A stretch of 63,280 nt of DNA, filler included, from Octopus bimaculoides (lineage: Eukaryota), in NCBI RefSeq assembly GCF_001194135.2. It is 6 parts of 5 records of this genome, joined end to end, with 100 filler letters (N's around TTAATTAATTAA, not from the genome) between each part and the next. Parts side by side here need not be neighbours in the genome. Positions count along the whole stretch, not along the records: positions 31,927 to 49,147 come from NC_068996.1; 5 more parts are not named here. One strand, given 5' to 3'. Every line of letters begins with the position of its first letter. Position 1 is the stretch's first letter. The notes under the pieces are model-generated. The model was not told the DNA's origin, searched no databases, and saw only the letters and a list, made by a program, of their open reading frames with translations. The position numbers and the translations under genes were made by a program. This document shows, in pieces, positions 36,761 to 49,131 of the stretch.

Positions 36761-38092
36761 ACACAGAGAAATGAAAGTGAAGGTCAGTGAGGCGTATCAA
36801 AAAAGGGTGAAGGTGGTGTTGAAATCCAGCCTGAATGCCAAAAATTTGATTACCGCAATAAATATCTGGGCAGTTGCGGTGGTCAGATATAGTGCATCCA
36901 TCCTCGAATGGACTAAGGAGGAAATATCAACACTGGATAAAAGGACAAGAAAGCTGATGACGCTGCATGGGGCGCTACACCCTAAAGCAAACGTAAACAG
37001 ACTGTATATGAAAAGAAAGAATGGTGGCAGAGGACTAATTAGTATAGACCATTGTATGAGGAGTGAAAAGAGAACGCTTGCCGAGTATTTGATAAATAGT
37101 GATGAAGACCTGCTGCAATATGCCGCGAAAGATATGGGTGTAAATGCAGATGAAATCAAAGAGCTGAGAGGCGTAAAGAAGACCTTCTTGAAATGAGAAT
37201 GCATGGACAGTTTGAAAGGAATACATAAGACGTTAAGGATAATACAGCATAGTGGACATGGCTTGAGCGAGGTGATTTGAAGTGCACCACCGAAAGCCTG
37301 ATCATTGCTGCACAAGACCAGGCTCTCGCTACGAAGTCAGTGATGTATAACATCGATAAAACTTCTGTCATCCAGAAATGCAGACACTGTGGAAAGAGTG
37401 TGGAAAATGTGATCAACTTGGTTGGTGAATGTGAGAGCTTTGCACAAAAAAATACAAGCACCGTCACGATAAAGTGTGTGTGTATCTCCATTGGCTCTTA
37501 TGCCGTAAATACCAATATGAAGTAACAGAGAACTGGTATGAGCATATACCAAGTGAATTTATGCAGGAGGATGGAAAAGTAATGATACTCTGGGACTATG
37601 ATTTTCAGACGGATCGTGTTGTCGAACACCGTCGGCCGGATATTGTCATATTGAATAAGAGAGACAAATACTGTCAGATCATTGATGTAGCCATACCAAA
37701 TGACAAGAATGTTGCGAGTAAAGGGGTTGGAAAAATCCCCAAGTACTCCGAAATGAAAGCGGAAATGGCAAGATTGTTTGGAATGCGAGAGGGTAATGTA
37801 AAAGTGATACCAGTGGAGATCGGAGCGTTGGGCTCAATCCCATTNNNNNNNNNNGAGAGGGTAATGTAAAAGTGATACCAGTGGAGATCGGAGCGTTGGG
37901 CTCAATCCCATTGAAACTTCAAGACTTCTTAAAGCAACTGGAAATCCCATGCAAGATTGATGTCTTGCAAAAAGCAGCCTTGATGGCCAAAGCGCACATC
38001 TTAAGGAAAGTATTATCTGTCTGAGGTCCTTGTTGTGATTTGACAGATGACTAAAGGCTCCGGGGTATTTTTACCTACACTGTGTTACGGAG

Positions 38093-38093
<1 letters not shown>
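36761..38093 (+). mobile_element. 5'-truncated R4/Dong-like retrotransposon (RT thumb, CCHC, RLE) inserted in (TAA)n
   Basis: AINIWAVAVVRYS..LYMKRKNGGRGLIS, CRHCGKSVENV, RRPDIVILNK..IIDVAIP and VIPVEIGALG; AAT arrays at 36727-36760 and 38094-38170. Confidence 0.92.
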
Positions 38094-38173
<80 letters not shown>

Positions 38174-38195
38174 TGATGATGATGATGATGATGAT
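38094..38195. repeat. (AAT)n/(GAT)n microsatellite
   Basis: Direct reading of the sequence. Confidence 0.95.
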
Positions 38196-38329
38196 AAATG
38201 CCCTGATGCAGTACCAGGCAGTGGCCAGTGGAGTTTTCATAAGCAAGGGGAAAAATTCGTTCAGCTCCCAGTAACTGGGACCCTGTTTCTGTGTTCTGTC
38301 AATGCAGTCGGTGCAAATCACAAGTTTAC

Positions 38330-38870
38330 GCTCGTTGTAGCCGATTACGCCAAACTGTTGTTATTCTATGCAATTTGTCTGCTAACCTAACAAACATTTA
38401 TCTAGATACGATCTGGATGGCTTGCTGTGGTTGTTCCATATTCACAATGGCATATTCAAGAAATTCAATGGGTACCTGTCAGGGAGTAGGAAACATCTGA
38501 AGAGGTTTGCGAAGCATCAAGTGTTTAACATACAATTCAAATTCTCAAGAAGACTTCTAGACTCCAAAAGACATTCAACCGCTCCGCTCCTGTCGAGGCA
38601 TAGACAATCACTAGTCTGAATACTCTACTTTTGCTGCCGTTTATGATGTTGTTCTTACCAATATCGTTTCCGCTTTCTTCCTTTTCTTCCAGGTACAGGA
38701 TACTCGGATAATCTCTGCTAGCAAACATATAACAACCATGAGTCACATCCAGCACTACCAGCCTTAATGACTTCTCTCCTGCCACTAAAGGATTCGACTT
38801 CGTGATAGCCTTCTGGGCTGATGGACCATCAGAAACTGGTTCGTATATAGGGCCACATGTTCCAGGTTAC
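38330..38870 (-). mobile_element. Tx1/L1-like APE endonuclease fragment
   Basis: RLVVLDVT, FRLVIVYASTGAER..F..LEVF and a YLDRI-like motif. Confidence 0.6.
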
Positions 38871-39650
38871 CTCCACATGTTACTGCATCTAACCTCCACA
38901 TGCTGTTGCCGTTAACCTCCACATGTTATTGCAGCTAACCTCCGCGTATTTTTACAGCTAACCTCCACATGTTGTTGCAGTTAATCTCTAAATATTATGA
39001 CAGCTAATTTCCACATGTTTCAGATAACTTCTACATGTTATTGCAAGTAACTTTCAAATACTGACGCATCTAACCTCAACATTTTATTGCAATTAACCTC
39101 CACATGTTAATGAAGTTAACCTCCACATATTATTGCAGTTAACCTCCACATGTTGTTGCAACTAACTTTCACATGTTGTTGCAGCTAACCTCTATATGTT
39201 GCTGGAATTAATCTCCACACTTCACTGCATCTAACCTCCACATGTTATTGCAGCTAACCTCCACATGTTGTTGCAGATAACCTCCACATGTCGTTGAAAC
39301 TAATCTCCACATGTTATTGTAGTTAACCTCCACATGCTGTTGCAACTAATCTCCTCATATTGTTGCAGCTAGCCTCAACATGTTGTTGCAGTTAATCGCC
39401 ACATGTTATCGCAGTTATCGCACATATCGTTGCAACTACATGTTGCTGCAAGTAATCTCCACATTTTGCTGAAACTAACCTCTACGTGTTGTTGCAGCTA
39501 ACCTCCACACGTTATTGCAGTTAATCTCCACATGTTATGGCAGCTAACCCCCATATGCTGCAGCTAACCTTCACATGATATTGTAATTAACCTCTACATG
39601 TTGTTGCAACTAACCTCCACACGTTGTCGCAGGTAATCTTCACATGCACC
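38868..39650. repeat. 23-bp minisatellite, about 33-34 degenerate copies
   Basis: Consensus AGCTAACCTCCACATGTTATTGC. Confidence 0.92.
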
Positions 39651-39970
39651 ACTTGCCCGTGCTGTGCTTCAAAGGTGATGACACACTGAGACGTACAGTC
39701 CCTTACCGTAACGTTATTTGTTTGCCTATTTACCGTTGCACCACGTGGTGGAAGTAATGTGGTACACCAATTCAACCTACCTCTTCAGTTCTATTTTCAA
39801 CCTTAAACACCAGGTACATACTACCATATGTTCTACTTCAGTTGATAGTGCACAAATCCAACCATACATCATCCAACGATTCCATTACTTCCTCCTTCGA
39901 AGAAATATGAAACCCTCTTCATTTTCTGTTACGTTACGTCATTTCTTTCATTGCTCTAACCTCTTTTTCT

Positions 39971-40364
39971 CTCTTTTACTTGTTTCAGTCATTTGACTGC
40001 GGCCATGCTGGAGCACCGCCTTTAGTCGAGCAAATCGACCCCAGGACTTATTCTTTGTAAGCCTAGTATTTATTCTATCGGTTCTCTTTTGCCGAACCGC
40101 TATGTCACGGGGACGTAAGCACACAAGCATCAGTTGTCAAGCGATGTTAGGGGGACAAACAGACACAAACACACATACATATATATACATATACATATAT
40201 ACGACGGGCTTCTTTCAGTTTCCGTCTACCAAATCCACTCACAAGGCTTTGGTCACCCGAGGCTATAGCAGAAGACACTTACCCAAAGTGCCATGCAGTG
40301 GGACTGAACCCGGAACCATGTGATTGGTAAGCAAGCTACTTACTACACATTCACTCCTGCGCCT
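39971..40364 (-). mobile_element. tRNA-derived SINE (family A)
   Basis: Full-length reverse-complement copy. Other copies at 43164-43545 (+), 44000-44388 (+), 47915-48190 (-) and 59990-60260 (+). Confidence 0.85.
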
Positions 40365-40529
40365 ATAAAAGTTTATAGATAAATTCTTTGGATAAATTCT
40401 TTGGACAAGAATTTATTTTTTGTAACATTACCTTTCCACAGTTCTTTTTTGTCGGAAATTATCCAATGCTCATTATTTCCTTTTGGCTTGCAACGCTTGC
40501 AAAAGCTACGTTGGCGTAGAAGAAGCAGA

Positions 40530-41680
40530 AGAAGCAGAAGAAGCTTTCATCTTTCTACTCAAACAAATAATCGACAGCAGACATGAAATCATCAACAATG
40601 TGATGCTGCTTCGCAGCGAAGAGTTTTTTCATGTTCGAGAACAGATGATAGTCAGATGAGGTCAAATCAGAAGAACAGGGAGGGTAATCAACCAGTTCAA
40701 AGCCACAGCCATGCACAGCAGCCACTGAAACCAATAGCTTAAGTGATGGAACATTATCATGATAAAACAAAACCACTTTCGTCAGTTTTCCTGGCCGTTC
40801 GGTCTTGATAGCCTTTCGTAACTGCCTCAACAAGATGGCATAGAACTTTCCATTCAGGGTGTGATTCTTCTGAAGATAGTCAGAAAACACAATACCTTTT
40901 GCCTTCCAAAAAACTGAGGCCATCATCTTCCCTGCAGATGAAACTACTTTCGCCTTCTTTAGAGCGGGTGAGGAGGAGTGTTTCGACTGCATAGATAGTC
41001 TCTTTGTCACTGGCTCAAAATGATGAACCCAACACTCATCTTGGGTTAGGAAACGTCCAAGGAAACCAACTGGATCTGCCTGAAATAATGTCAGATTTTC
41101 CCATGATGTGATCAGCCTGGTGCGCTTTCGATCAGGTATCAGAAGACGCAGCACCTAACAAGAAGAAACCCTCATCGTGCACAATATTCTTAACTCTCTC
41201 ACGGGATATGCTAATAATATTGGCTATTGGATTTATATTCAATCACCTACTGTTCATCACCATGTGGTGAACACGATCAATAATTTCCTCGTGGATGGCG
41301 GTTTCAGGACATCCAGACGTTGTGTCTTCTTCAAAACTCTTCCTTCCTCTCCTAAATTCATCTGCCCACTTTTGTACTGTTGATAAAACTGGAGCGTCAT
41401 CCCCTAATATGGAAACCATATCAGCATGAATATCCTTGAGGGCTAAACCGTTTTTCTTCAGGTACTTAATCACACGACGATTCCAAATTTTGACAGTTTT
41501 CAAGAGAAGTCGCTACTAGTTACTCTTGCAATCTTCTCTTCAACAGTCATTTATCAGTTTACCTGGAAAGAAGCAATGAAATTATCAATAAGAAGTTTTG
41601 AAATTATTGCATGCAAGATTTCACAGCTCTAGCATCACTCCTTCAGAGTCGGCCAATGAACTTTCCAGTCCAACTTCATA
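40530..41680 (-). mobile_element. Mariner-like transposon, degenerate
   Basis: VIKYLKKNG, TVQKWADEFRRGR, TQDECWVHHF, MMASVFW, FYHDNVP and YPPCSSDLTSSDYHLF; terminal sequence ends in TA at 41680. Confidence 0.88.
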
Positions 41681-43012
41681 TGGTATTTCACTGGTACTTA
41701 ATTTTATCAACCCATCCCAACCCTCCAGGAAGATATAGGTTAAAGTTAGTCTTAGTTTTTCTATTACAATACCACTCACATCTAGGATGTTCTATCGGTA
41801 TAGTAAATATACCCTAGTGTTTCCACTCCAGAAAAATGAGCTGCAAAAATTAGTAATTGGTTACTTCGGCGAGATTTGAACTCAGAACGCAAAGTACCGC
41901 AACTACAGAGCCACAAAACATTCTTTGCCAATCTCTTTGTATGGAAAAGCAAAAAAAAAAAAATAATAAATAACAAAAGCAAAAGGGCAAACAAAAAATT
42001 TTAAGCGATAACAATGATATATCATCCCTGGCTTATGAAAAATAAACAGAGACAATAACTAGTTAAGACGAATACTAAAAAATTATCTAAGCCTGGGATT
42101 ATCTAACCGGTTTTGTGGAAAGCTTTGTGATTTTCAGGCCGCCATTGCAGTTTCTTTGTTCCGTTTATGTTTATTCTTGTCGTGTCTTGTCATTAGATAC
42201 GACCTAAGTAAAACGAAGGAGACAAAAAATGGAAAATACAAAGTAAATTCATTACGAAATTGTATCTGAGCAGCATGTATGTATATATGTATGCATGTGT
42301 GTGTGTGTGTCTGTGTATGTGTCTGTGTGCGTGGCGGTGCGTGCGTGTGTGGCGGTATGTGTGTCTGTGTGTGCACGCGCGTGCGTGCGTGTAAAATGAG
42401 AAGTAATTATCAAACATAGTTCACGTGATTGCAGAAAGCTGCAAGGCGGAGAAGACACGACCGTGCACCAGAATAAACCTACATTGGAGTTGTGGAGTGG
42501 GANNNNNNNNNNNNNNNNNNNNNNNNNNNNNNNNNNNNNNNNNNNNNNNNNNNNNNNNNNNNNNNNNNNNNNNNNNNNNNNNNNNNNNNNNNNNNNNNNN
42601 NNNNNNNNNNNNNNNNNNNNNNNNNNNNNNNNNNNNNNNNNNNNNNNNNNNNNNNNNNNNNNNNNNNNNNNNNNNNNNNNNNNNNNNNNNNNNNNNNNNN
42701 NNNNNNNNNNNNNNNNNNNNNNNNNNNNNNNNNNNNNNNNNNNNNNNNNNNNNNNNNNNNNNNNNNNNNNNNNNNNNNNNNNNNNNNNNNNNNNNNNNNN
42801 NNNNNNNNNNNNNNNNNNNNNNNNNNNNNNNNNNNNGATTTATGTGGGGGAATGCGAACAAGAGAGTCCGACTCGTGACTCACATAGACTCGGTTTTGGA
42901 TAAATAATATTATTCAAGTTTACAATGTGTACTTTTCCCGCTCGATTACAATTCCCGCCATCTATCTATCTTTCTAGCTATCTATCTATCTATCAATCTG
43001 TCTATCTATCTA

Positions 43013-43060
<48 letters not shown>

Positions 43061-44396
43061 ACTAGCTATCTATCTATCTGTCTGTCTGTCTGTCTATCAG
43101 TCTGCCTTTTCCTCTCTCTCTTTCTCTCTCTCATCCCCACATACACATGCATAGACACACGCGTAGGTGCACGGGTGGCTGTGTGGTAAGTAGCCTGCTT
43201 ACCAAGCACATGGTTGCGGTTTCAGTCCCACTGCGTGGCACTTTGGGTAAGTGTCTTCTGCTATCGCCTCAGGTCGACCAAAGCCTTGTGAGTGGATTTA
43301 GTAGACAGAAACTGAAAGAAGTCCATCGTATATATTTACATATATATGTGTTTGTGTGTTTGACAACCGATGTTGGTGTGCTTACGTCCCCGTAACTTAG
43401 CGGATCGGCAAAAGAGACCGATAAAATAAGTACTAAGCTTACAAAGAATAAGTCTTGGGGATCTATTTGTTCAACTAAAGGCGGTGCTCCAGCATGGCTG
43501 CAGTCAAATAACTGAAACAAGTAAAAGAGTAAAAAAATAAAAGAATAGATTCAAACAGACAGACCGACACACAGACAGATACACACACAAAGCATACAAC
43601 GCACACATACTCATACGATATCATGTTTGATAAGCAACATGAAAACTATCATAGCACATGTAATATTCAATAGCGGGGTGGAGAGTGATAAAAGTTTTTT
43701 TTAATATTTATAAAGCAATACGAGTCAGCTTATCATTTGAGCTACCATCGGTTCTCGTAGTCTCAGTTTTCGGGGGCCAATCTATCTCCACGTGGTATAG
43801 AAAAAGGATATTTTTAGGTATAGGTACGCCAATAAAATATGTTCTCGGAATAGGTACCCCCCAATAAAATCAATGTACATTGAAGTCGTTCTGGAAAAGA
43901 ACATTATTATCTCTGCTTTTCTCATAGTTCCCTTTTCATGGCAGGGATGAGAACAAAATTAAGAAAGATGGAAATAGAAGGAAAAAATTCTTGTGTATAG
44001 GCACGAGTATGGCTCCGTGGTTAAGAATCTCGCTTTACAAACTGCGTGGTTTCGGATTCGGTCCCACTACACGGCACTTTAAACAAGTATCTTCTACTAT
44101 AGCACTAAAAGAAGCCCGTCGTATATATGTATACTATATATATATTTGTGTGTGAGTGTGTGTATATATTTGTGTATCTGTGTTTGTCCCCCCAATATCA
44201 CTTGACAACCGATGCTGGTGTGTTTAGGTCCCCGTAACATAACGGTTCGGCAAAAGAGAACCGATAGAATAAGCACTAGGCTTACAAAAAATAAGTCATG
44301 GGGTCGATTTGATTCGACTAAAGGCAGTGCTCCAGCATGGCCGCAGTCAAATGACTGAAACAAGTAAAAGAGTAAAAGAGTAAAAGAGTGTGTTAG

Positions 44397-45606
44397 AACG
44401 AGGGTGGCTTTGAAATGTTTATAGGTTGATTGTGAAGGAGTGGTGCTAGAGCTGTGGAATCTTGCATGCATTAATTTCAACTCTTCTTATTTATAGATGC
44501 ATTGTTTCTTTCCAGATAAACTGACATCTGACTGTTCAAAGAAGACTTCAAAATTAACTGGTAGCGATTTCTCTTGAAAATAGTCAAAATTTAGTATCGA
44601 GGCGTCATCAAATAATTGAAGAAGAACGGCTTAACTCCCAAGGGTATTCATGCTGACATGGTTTCTGTATTAAGGAATAACGCTCTAGCTTCATCAACAG
44701 AGCAAAAGTAGGCGGATGGATTTATGAAGGGAAGGGAGAGTCTTGAAGGTGATTCAAGTTCTGGATGTCCTGAAATTGTCACCACCGAGGAATACATTGA
44801 TCATGTTCACCACATGGTGATGGATGACAGGCGATTGACTATAAATAAAAGACCCAATGTTATTGGCATATCACGTGAGAGAGTTGAGAATATTGTGCAC
44901 AATGAACTTGGCATGACGATGGTTTCTGCTCGGCTGGAGCCACGTATCCTAACTCCTGATCAAAAGCGTACCAGGTTGATCACATCACGAGAAAAGCTGA
45001 CATTATTTCAGACAGATCCAGCTGGTTTCCTTGAGTGTTTTCTAAGCTACGATGAGTGTTGGCTTTATTATTTTGAACTAGAGACAAAGAGACAATTCTT
45101 GCAGTCGAAACACTCCTCCTCACCTGCTCCAAATAAGGCCAACAGTGTTTCGTATGCAGGGAAGGTGATGGCCTGTTTCTTGCGATGCAGAAGGTATTGT
45201 TTTTTTTTACTATCTTCAAAAGGGTCACACCATCAATGAAGAGTACTATACCAACTTGCTGAGGTAGTTACAAAAGTCTATCAAGGCCAAACGGCTTGGA
45301 AAACTGACGAAAGGGGTCTTACTTCATCAAGACAATGCTCCAGTACACAAGTTTTTGGTTTCAATGGATGCTGTACGTGACTGTGGCTTTGAACTGATTG
45401 ATCACCGTCCCTATTCTCCCGATTTGGTCACAGTCTGACTATCGTCTGTTTCCAGACATGAAAACACTCTTGACTGAACCTGTATCCAATAACAATAACA
45501 ATGCAGTTATTAATAAAAAGAGTTGAAATTAATGCATGCAAGATTTCACAGCTCTAGCATCGCTCCTTCATAATCAGCCAATGAATTTTTCTAGCCCATC
45601 CTTGTA
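44397..45606 (+). mobile_element. Near full-length mariner-like transposon with long TIRs
   Basis: Approx. 87-bp inverted termini; motifs SYDECWLYYFE, GKVMA, HQDNAPVH and HRPYSPDL; same family as 40530-41680. Confidence 0.9.
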
Positions 45607-46024
45607 TATGTATGTATACACGTTTACATGTATGCATGCATAGATGTGATTGCCAGTGTAGATGAGTTTTGACTTATATATTCATACAAATATATATTTG
45701 TATAACTACATGGGTACATTTGCACTTATTACACGCTAAACTTCCGAAATACTTCACATACATCTACAGTGCCTTTTACGGCTTTTAACTGTGATTTCCT
45801 AATTAGCCGGGTTTTTTGTGGGGGGGGGGGTTGACGCCCAGCTTCTAACGACTGGTACTGAGGTAGTTAAACTCATAGCCAACAATCAGAGATATAAATC
45901 TAAAGCTGTATGTATGTTAAATGCATGTGTATGTGTATATGCATATATTGCACGTACACACATACACACATGCACCCACACCCACACCCACACTCACTCA
46001 CACACACACACACACGCGCATCAT

Positions 46025-46320
46025 ATGCTTACTGCTTACTGCTCTGTTTAAGAGTGCTTATCAACGGTGATCACAGCGTCGATCCGAGACGCTCCTCCTC
46101 CTTCTCCTCCAGCACATTGTTTGTCATAGAAGCAGACGTGGTTGACAAGACAGATACGAGACAGGCAGATCATGCGGCATTGAGGGCACTGAAAGTGACC
46201 CTGAACAACACCGGAAGGGGGTTGATGACAACGTCTCCTCCTCTCTTCATGTAGTCTCATGCGTTCGGTTTCTAGGCGTTCTGTTCCAGCATCGACACAC
46301 AGACCTCCATGCCTTCTGAT
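46025..46320 (-). mobile_element. RTE/BovB-like LINE 3' end
   Basis: EERRRR..HFQCPQCRMICLSRICLVNH C2H2-like tail, followed by an (AGTAAGC)n-type tail. Confidence 0.6.
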
Positions 46321-46634
46321 TAAGAACTAGGGGCTCCAAACGAATTATTGTGTCTAGCCATGCTATATGAATTTCACAACTACTTCATAATTTAATTATA
46401 CTCAACAGCTGTTTCATTAGCAATAAACATCATTAATTCCATAATTACGTAATTAAGATAAATAATTAATTTAAACTATTTTAAATCAAATTAATTTAAA
46501 GCCATGTTTATAACTAAGCATCGGAAGTGTTTGGAACTATGTTAATAAGAGACTGTTACAGGTTTAAATATGTGTATGTATATGTGTGTGTGCATGCATG
46601 AATGCATGTGCGTATGTATGTATGTGTGTATGTA

Positions 46635-46686
<52 letters not shown>

Positions 46687-47484
46687 NNNNNNNNNNNNNN
46701 NNNNNNNNNNNNNNNNNNNNNNNNNNNNNNNNNNNNNNNNNNNNNNNNNNNNNNNNNNNNNNNNNNNNNNNNNNNNNNNNNNNNNNNNNNNNNNNNNNNN
46801 NNNNNNNNNNNNNNNNNNNNNNNNNNNNNNNNNNNNNNNNNNNNNNNNNNNNNNNNNNNNNNNNNNNNNNNNNNNNNNNNNNNNNNNNNNNNNNNNNNNN
46901 NNNNNNNNNNNNNNNNNNNNNNNNNNNNNNNNNNNNNNNNNNNNNNNNNNNNNNNNNNNNNNNNNNNNNNNNNNNNNNNNNNNNNNNNNNNNNNNNNNNN
47001 NNNNNNNNNNNNNNNNNNNNNNNNNNNNNNNNNNNNNNNNNNNNNNNNNNNNNNNNNNNNNNNNNNNNNNNNNNNNNNNNNNNNNNNNNNNNNNNNNNNN
47101 NNNNNNNNNNNNNNNNNNNNNNNNNNNNNNNNNNNNNNNNNNNNNNNNNNNNNNNNNNNNNNNNNNNNNNNNNNNNNNNNNNNNNNNNNNNNNNNNNNNN
47201 NNNNNNNNNNNNNNNNNNNNNNNNNNNNNNNNNNNNNNNNNNNNNNNNNNNNNNNNNNNNNNNNNNNNNNNNNNNNNNNNNNNNNNNNNNNNNNNNNNNN
47301 NNNNNNNNNNNNNNNNNNNNNNNNNNNNNNNNNNNNNNNNNNNNNNNNNNNNNNNNNNNNNNNNNNNNNNNNNNNNNNNNNNNNNNNNNNNNNNNNNNNN
47401 NNNNNNNNNNNNNNNNNNNNNNNNNNNNNNNNNNNNNNNNNNNNNNNNNNNNNNNNNNNNNNNNNNNNNNNNNNNNNNTATATA

Positions 47485-47520
<36 letters not shown>

Positions 47521-49099
47521 TGTATGTATGTATACATATATTTATGTATAGGTGTGTGTGTAATAATTTTAAGGGATCAATATAAGTTCTCCTTTGGTTC
47601 CTTTTAAGCTCCTTAAGTTAAAAAATTCTTATCCACGCAACTCTCCATGATATAAACATTTTCAGTTTTGTCCGACGTTGCATTCATTCTCTTTCGGTTT
47701 TTAATGCTTTCTACAATGTTCGTAATATTCTTTTGGAAGATGTTATTATAGTTTCTAAATTTGATGTTCTCAATGAAGTTCAATAATTATGTACATCAGA
47801 AACTATTTCTTGATTTCCGCCTTGAGAATATACTTTTATCTTAATATTACACATAAAAAATTACTTTCTTGTTCACTCTAGTTTATGTATAGTGGCAGTA
47901 CAACATATCTTTTATTTTATACTTGTTTCAGTCATTAGAATGTGGCCTTGCTGGGACATCGCTTTAAAGGGTTTTAGTCGAATGTATCAACCCCAGTACT
48001 AGATTTCAAAGGCTGGTGCTTATTCTAGATGACTCTTTTGCAGAACCGCTAAGTTTAGGGGAACCTAAAACATTTACCGGCTGGCAAGCGATAGTGGGCG
48101 ACACACAACACTTACTCACACAAACACAAAGGCACAGTTATATATATATATATATATATAAATATATATATATGACAGGGTTCTTTCAGTTTCTTATTTC
48201 TTTAGTGCCCTTAAGGGGCTAAACATAGAGTGGACAAACAAGGACAGACAAGGTGATTAAGTCGATTACATGGACGCCAGTGCGTAACTGGTGCTTAATT
48301 TATCGACCTCGAAAGGATGAAAGGCAAAGTCGACCTCGGCGGAATTTGAACTCAGACCGTAACGGCAGACGAAATACCGCCAAGCATTTCGCCCAGTGTG
48401 CTAACGTTTCTGCCAGCTCGCCGCCTTTGACTTCTTTCAGTTTCTGCCAACCAAAGATTTGGTCGACCCAAGGCTATAGGAGAATACACCTGCCAAGGTG
48501 CCACGCAGTGGAACTGAACTAGAACCATGTCTTTGGGAAGCAAACTTCTTACCGCACAGCCACACCAGTGCGTTGTTTTTTCTTTCAAAATATATATATT
48601 ATTGACAATATCTCGCTATCAGACAAAAATTTGGATTATTGCATAGAAAGAACTTGTGCTTTATATCGATCTAATATAGATATTGATTTTCAATTTTTGG
48701 TACAAGGCCAGCAATTTCGGGGGAGGGGATAAGTCGATTACATTGACTCCAACGTTCAGCTGGTACTTATTTCATCGACCCTGAAATGGTGAAGAGTAAA
48801 GTTGACCTCGGCGGTATTTGAACTCAGAACGTAAAGACGGACGAAATACCGCTAAGCATTTTTTCCGACTTGTAAATGATTTTTCTAACTCATCGTCTTA
48901 ATAATAATAATAATCCTTTCTACAAGAGGCACAAGGCCTGAAATTTTGCAGGAGGGGACTAGTCGATTACATTGACCCCAGTGCTTGACTGCTACTTAAT
49001 CTATCGACCCCAAAAGAATAAAAGGCAAAGTCGACCGCGGTGGAATTTGAACTCAGAATGTGAAGACGGACGATAATAATAATAATAATAATAATAATG

Positions 49100-49131
<32 letters not shown>

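Noticed and set aside
38868-39650. Regularly spaced repeats that might suggest a CRISPR array
   Set aside because: Contiguous degenerate 23-bp tandem units with no unique spacers, in a eukaryotic context.
46395-46440. Minus-strand GAAACAGCTGTT resembling the 3' half of a hammerhead
   Set aside because: No CUGANGA box and no convincing stem II upstream; at best a decayed relic.
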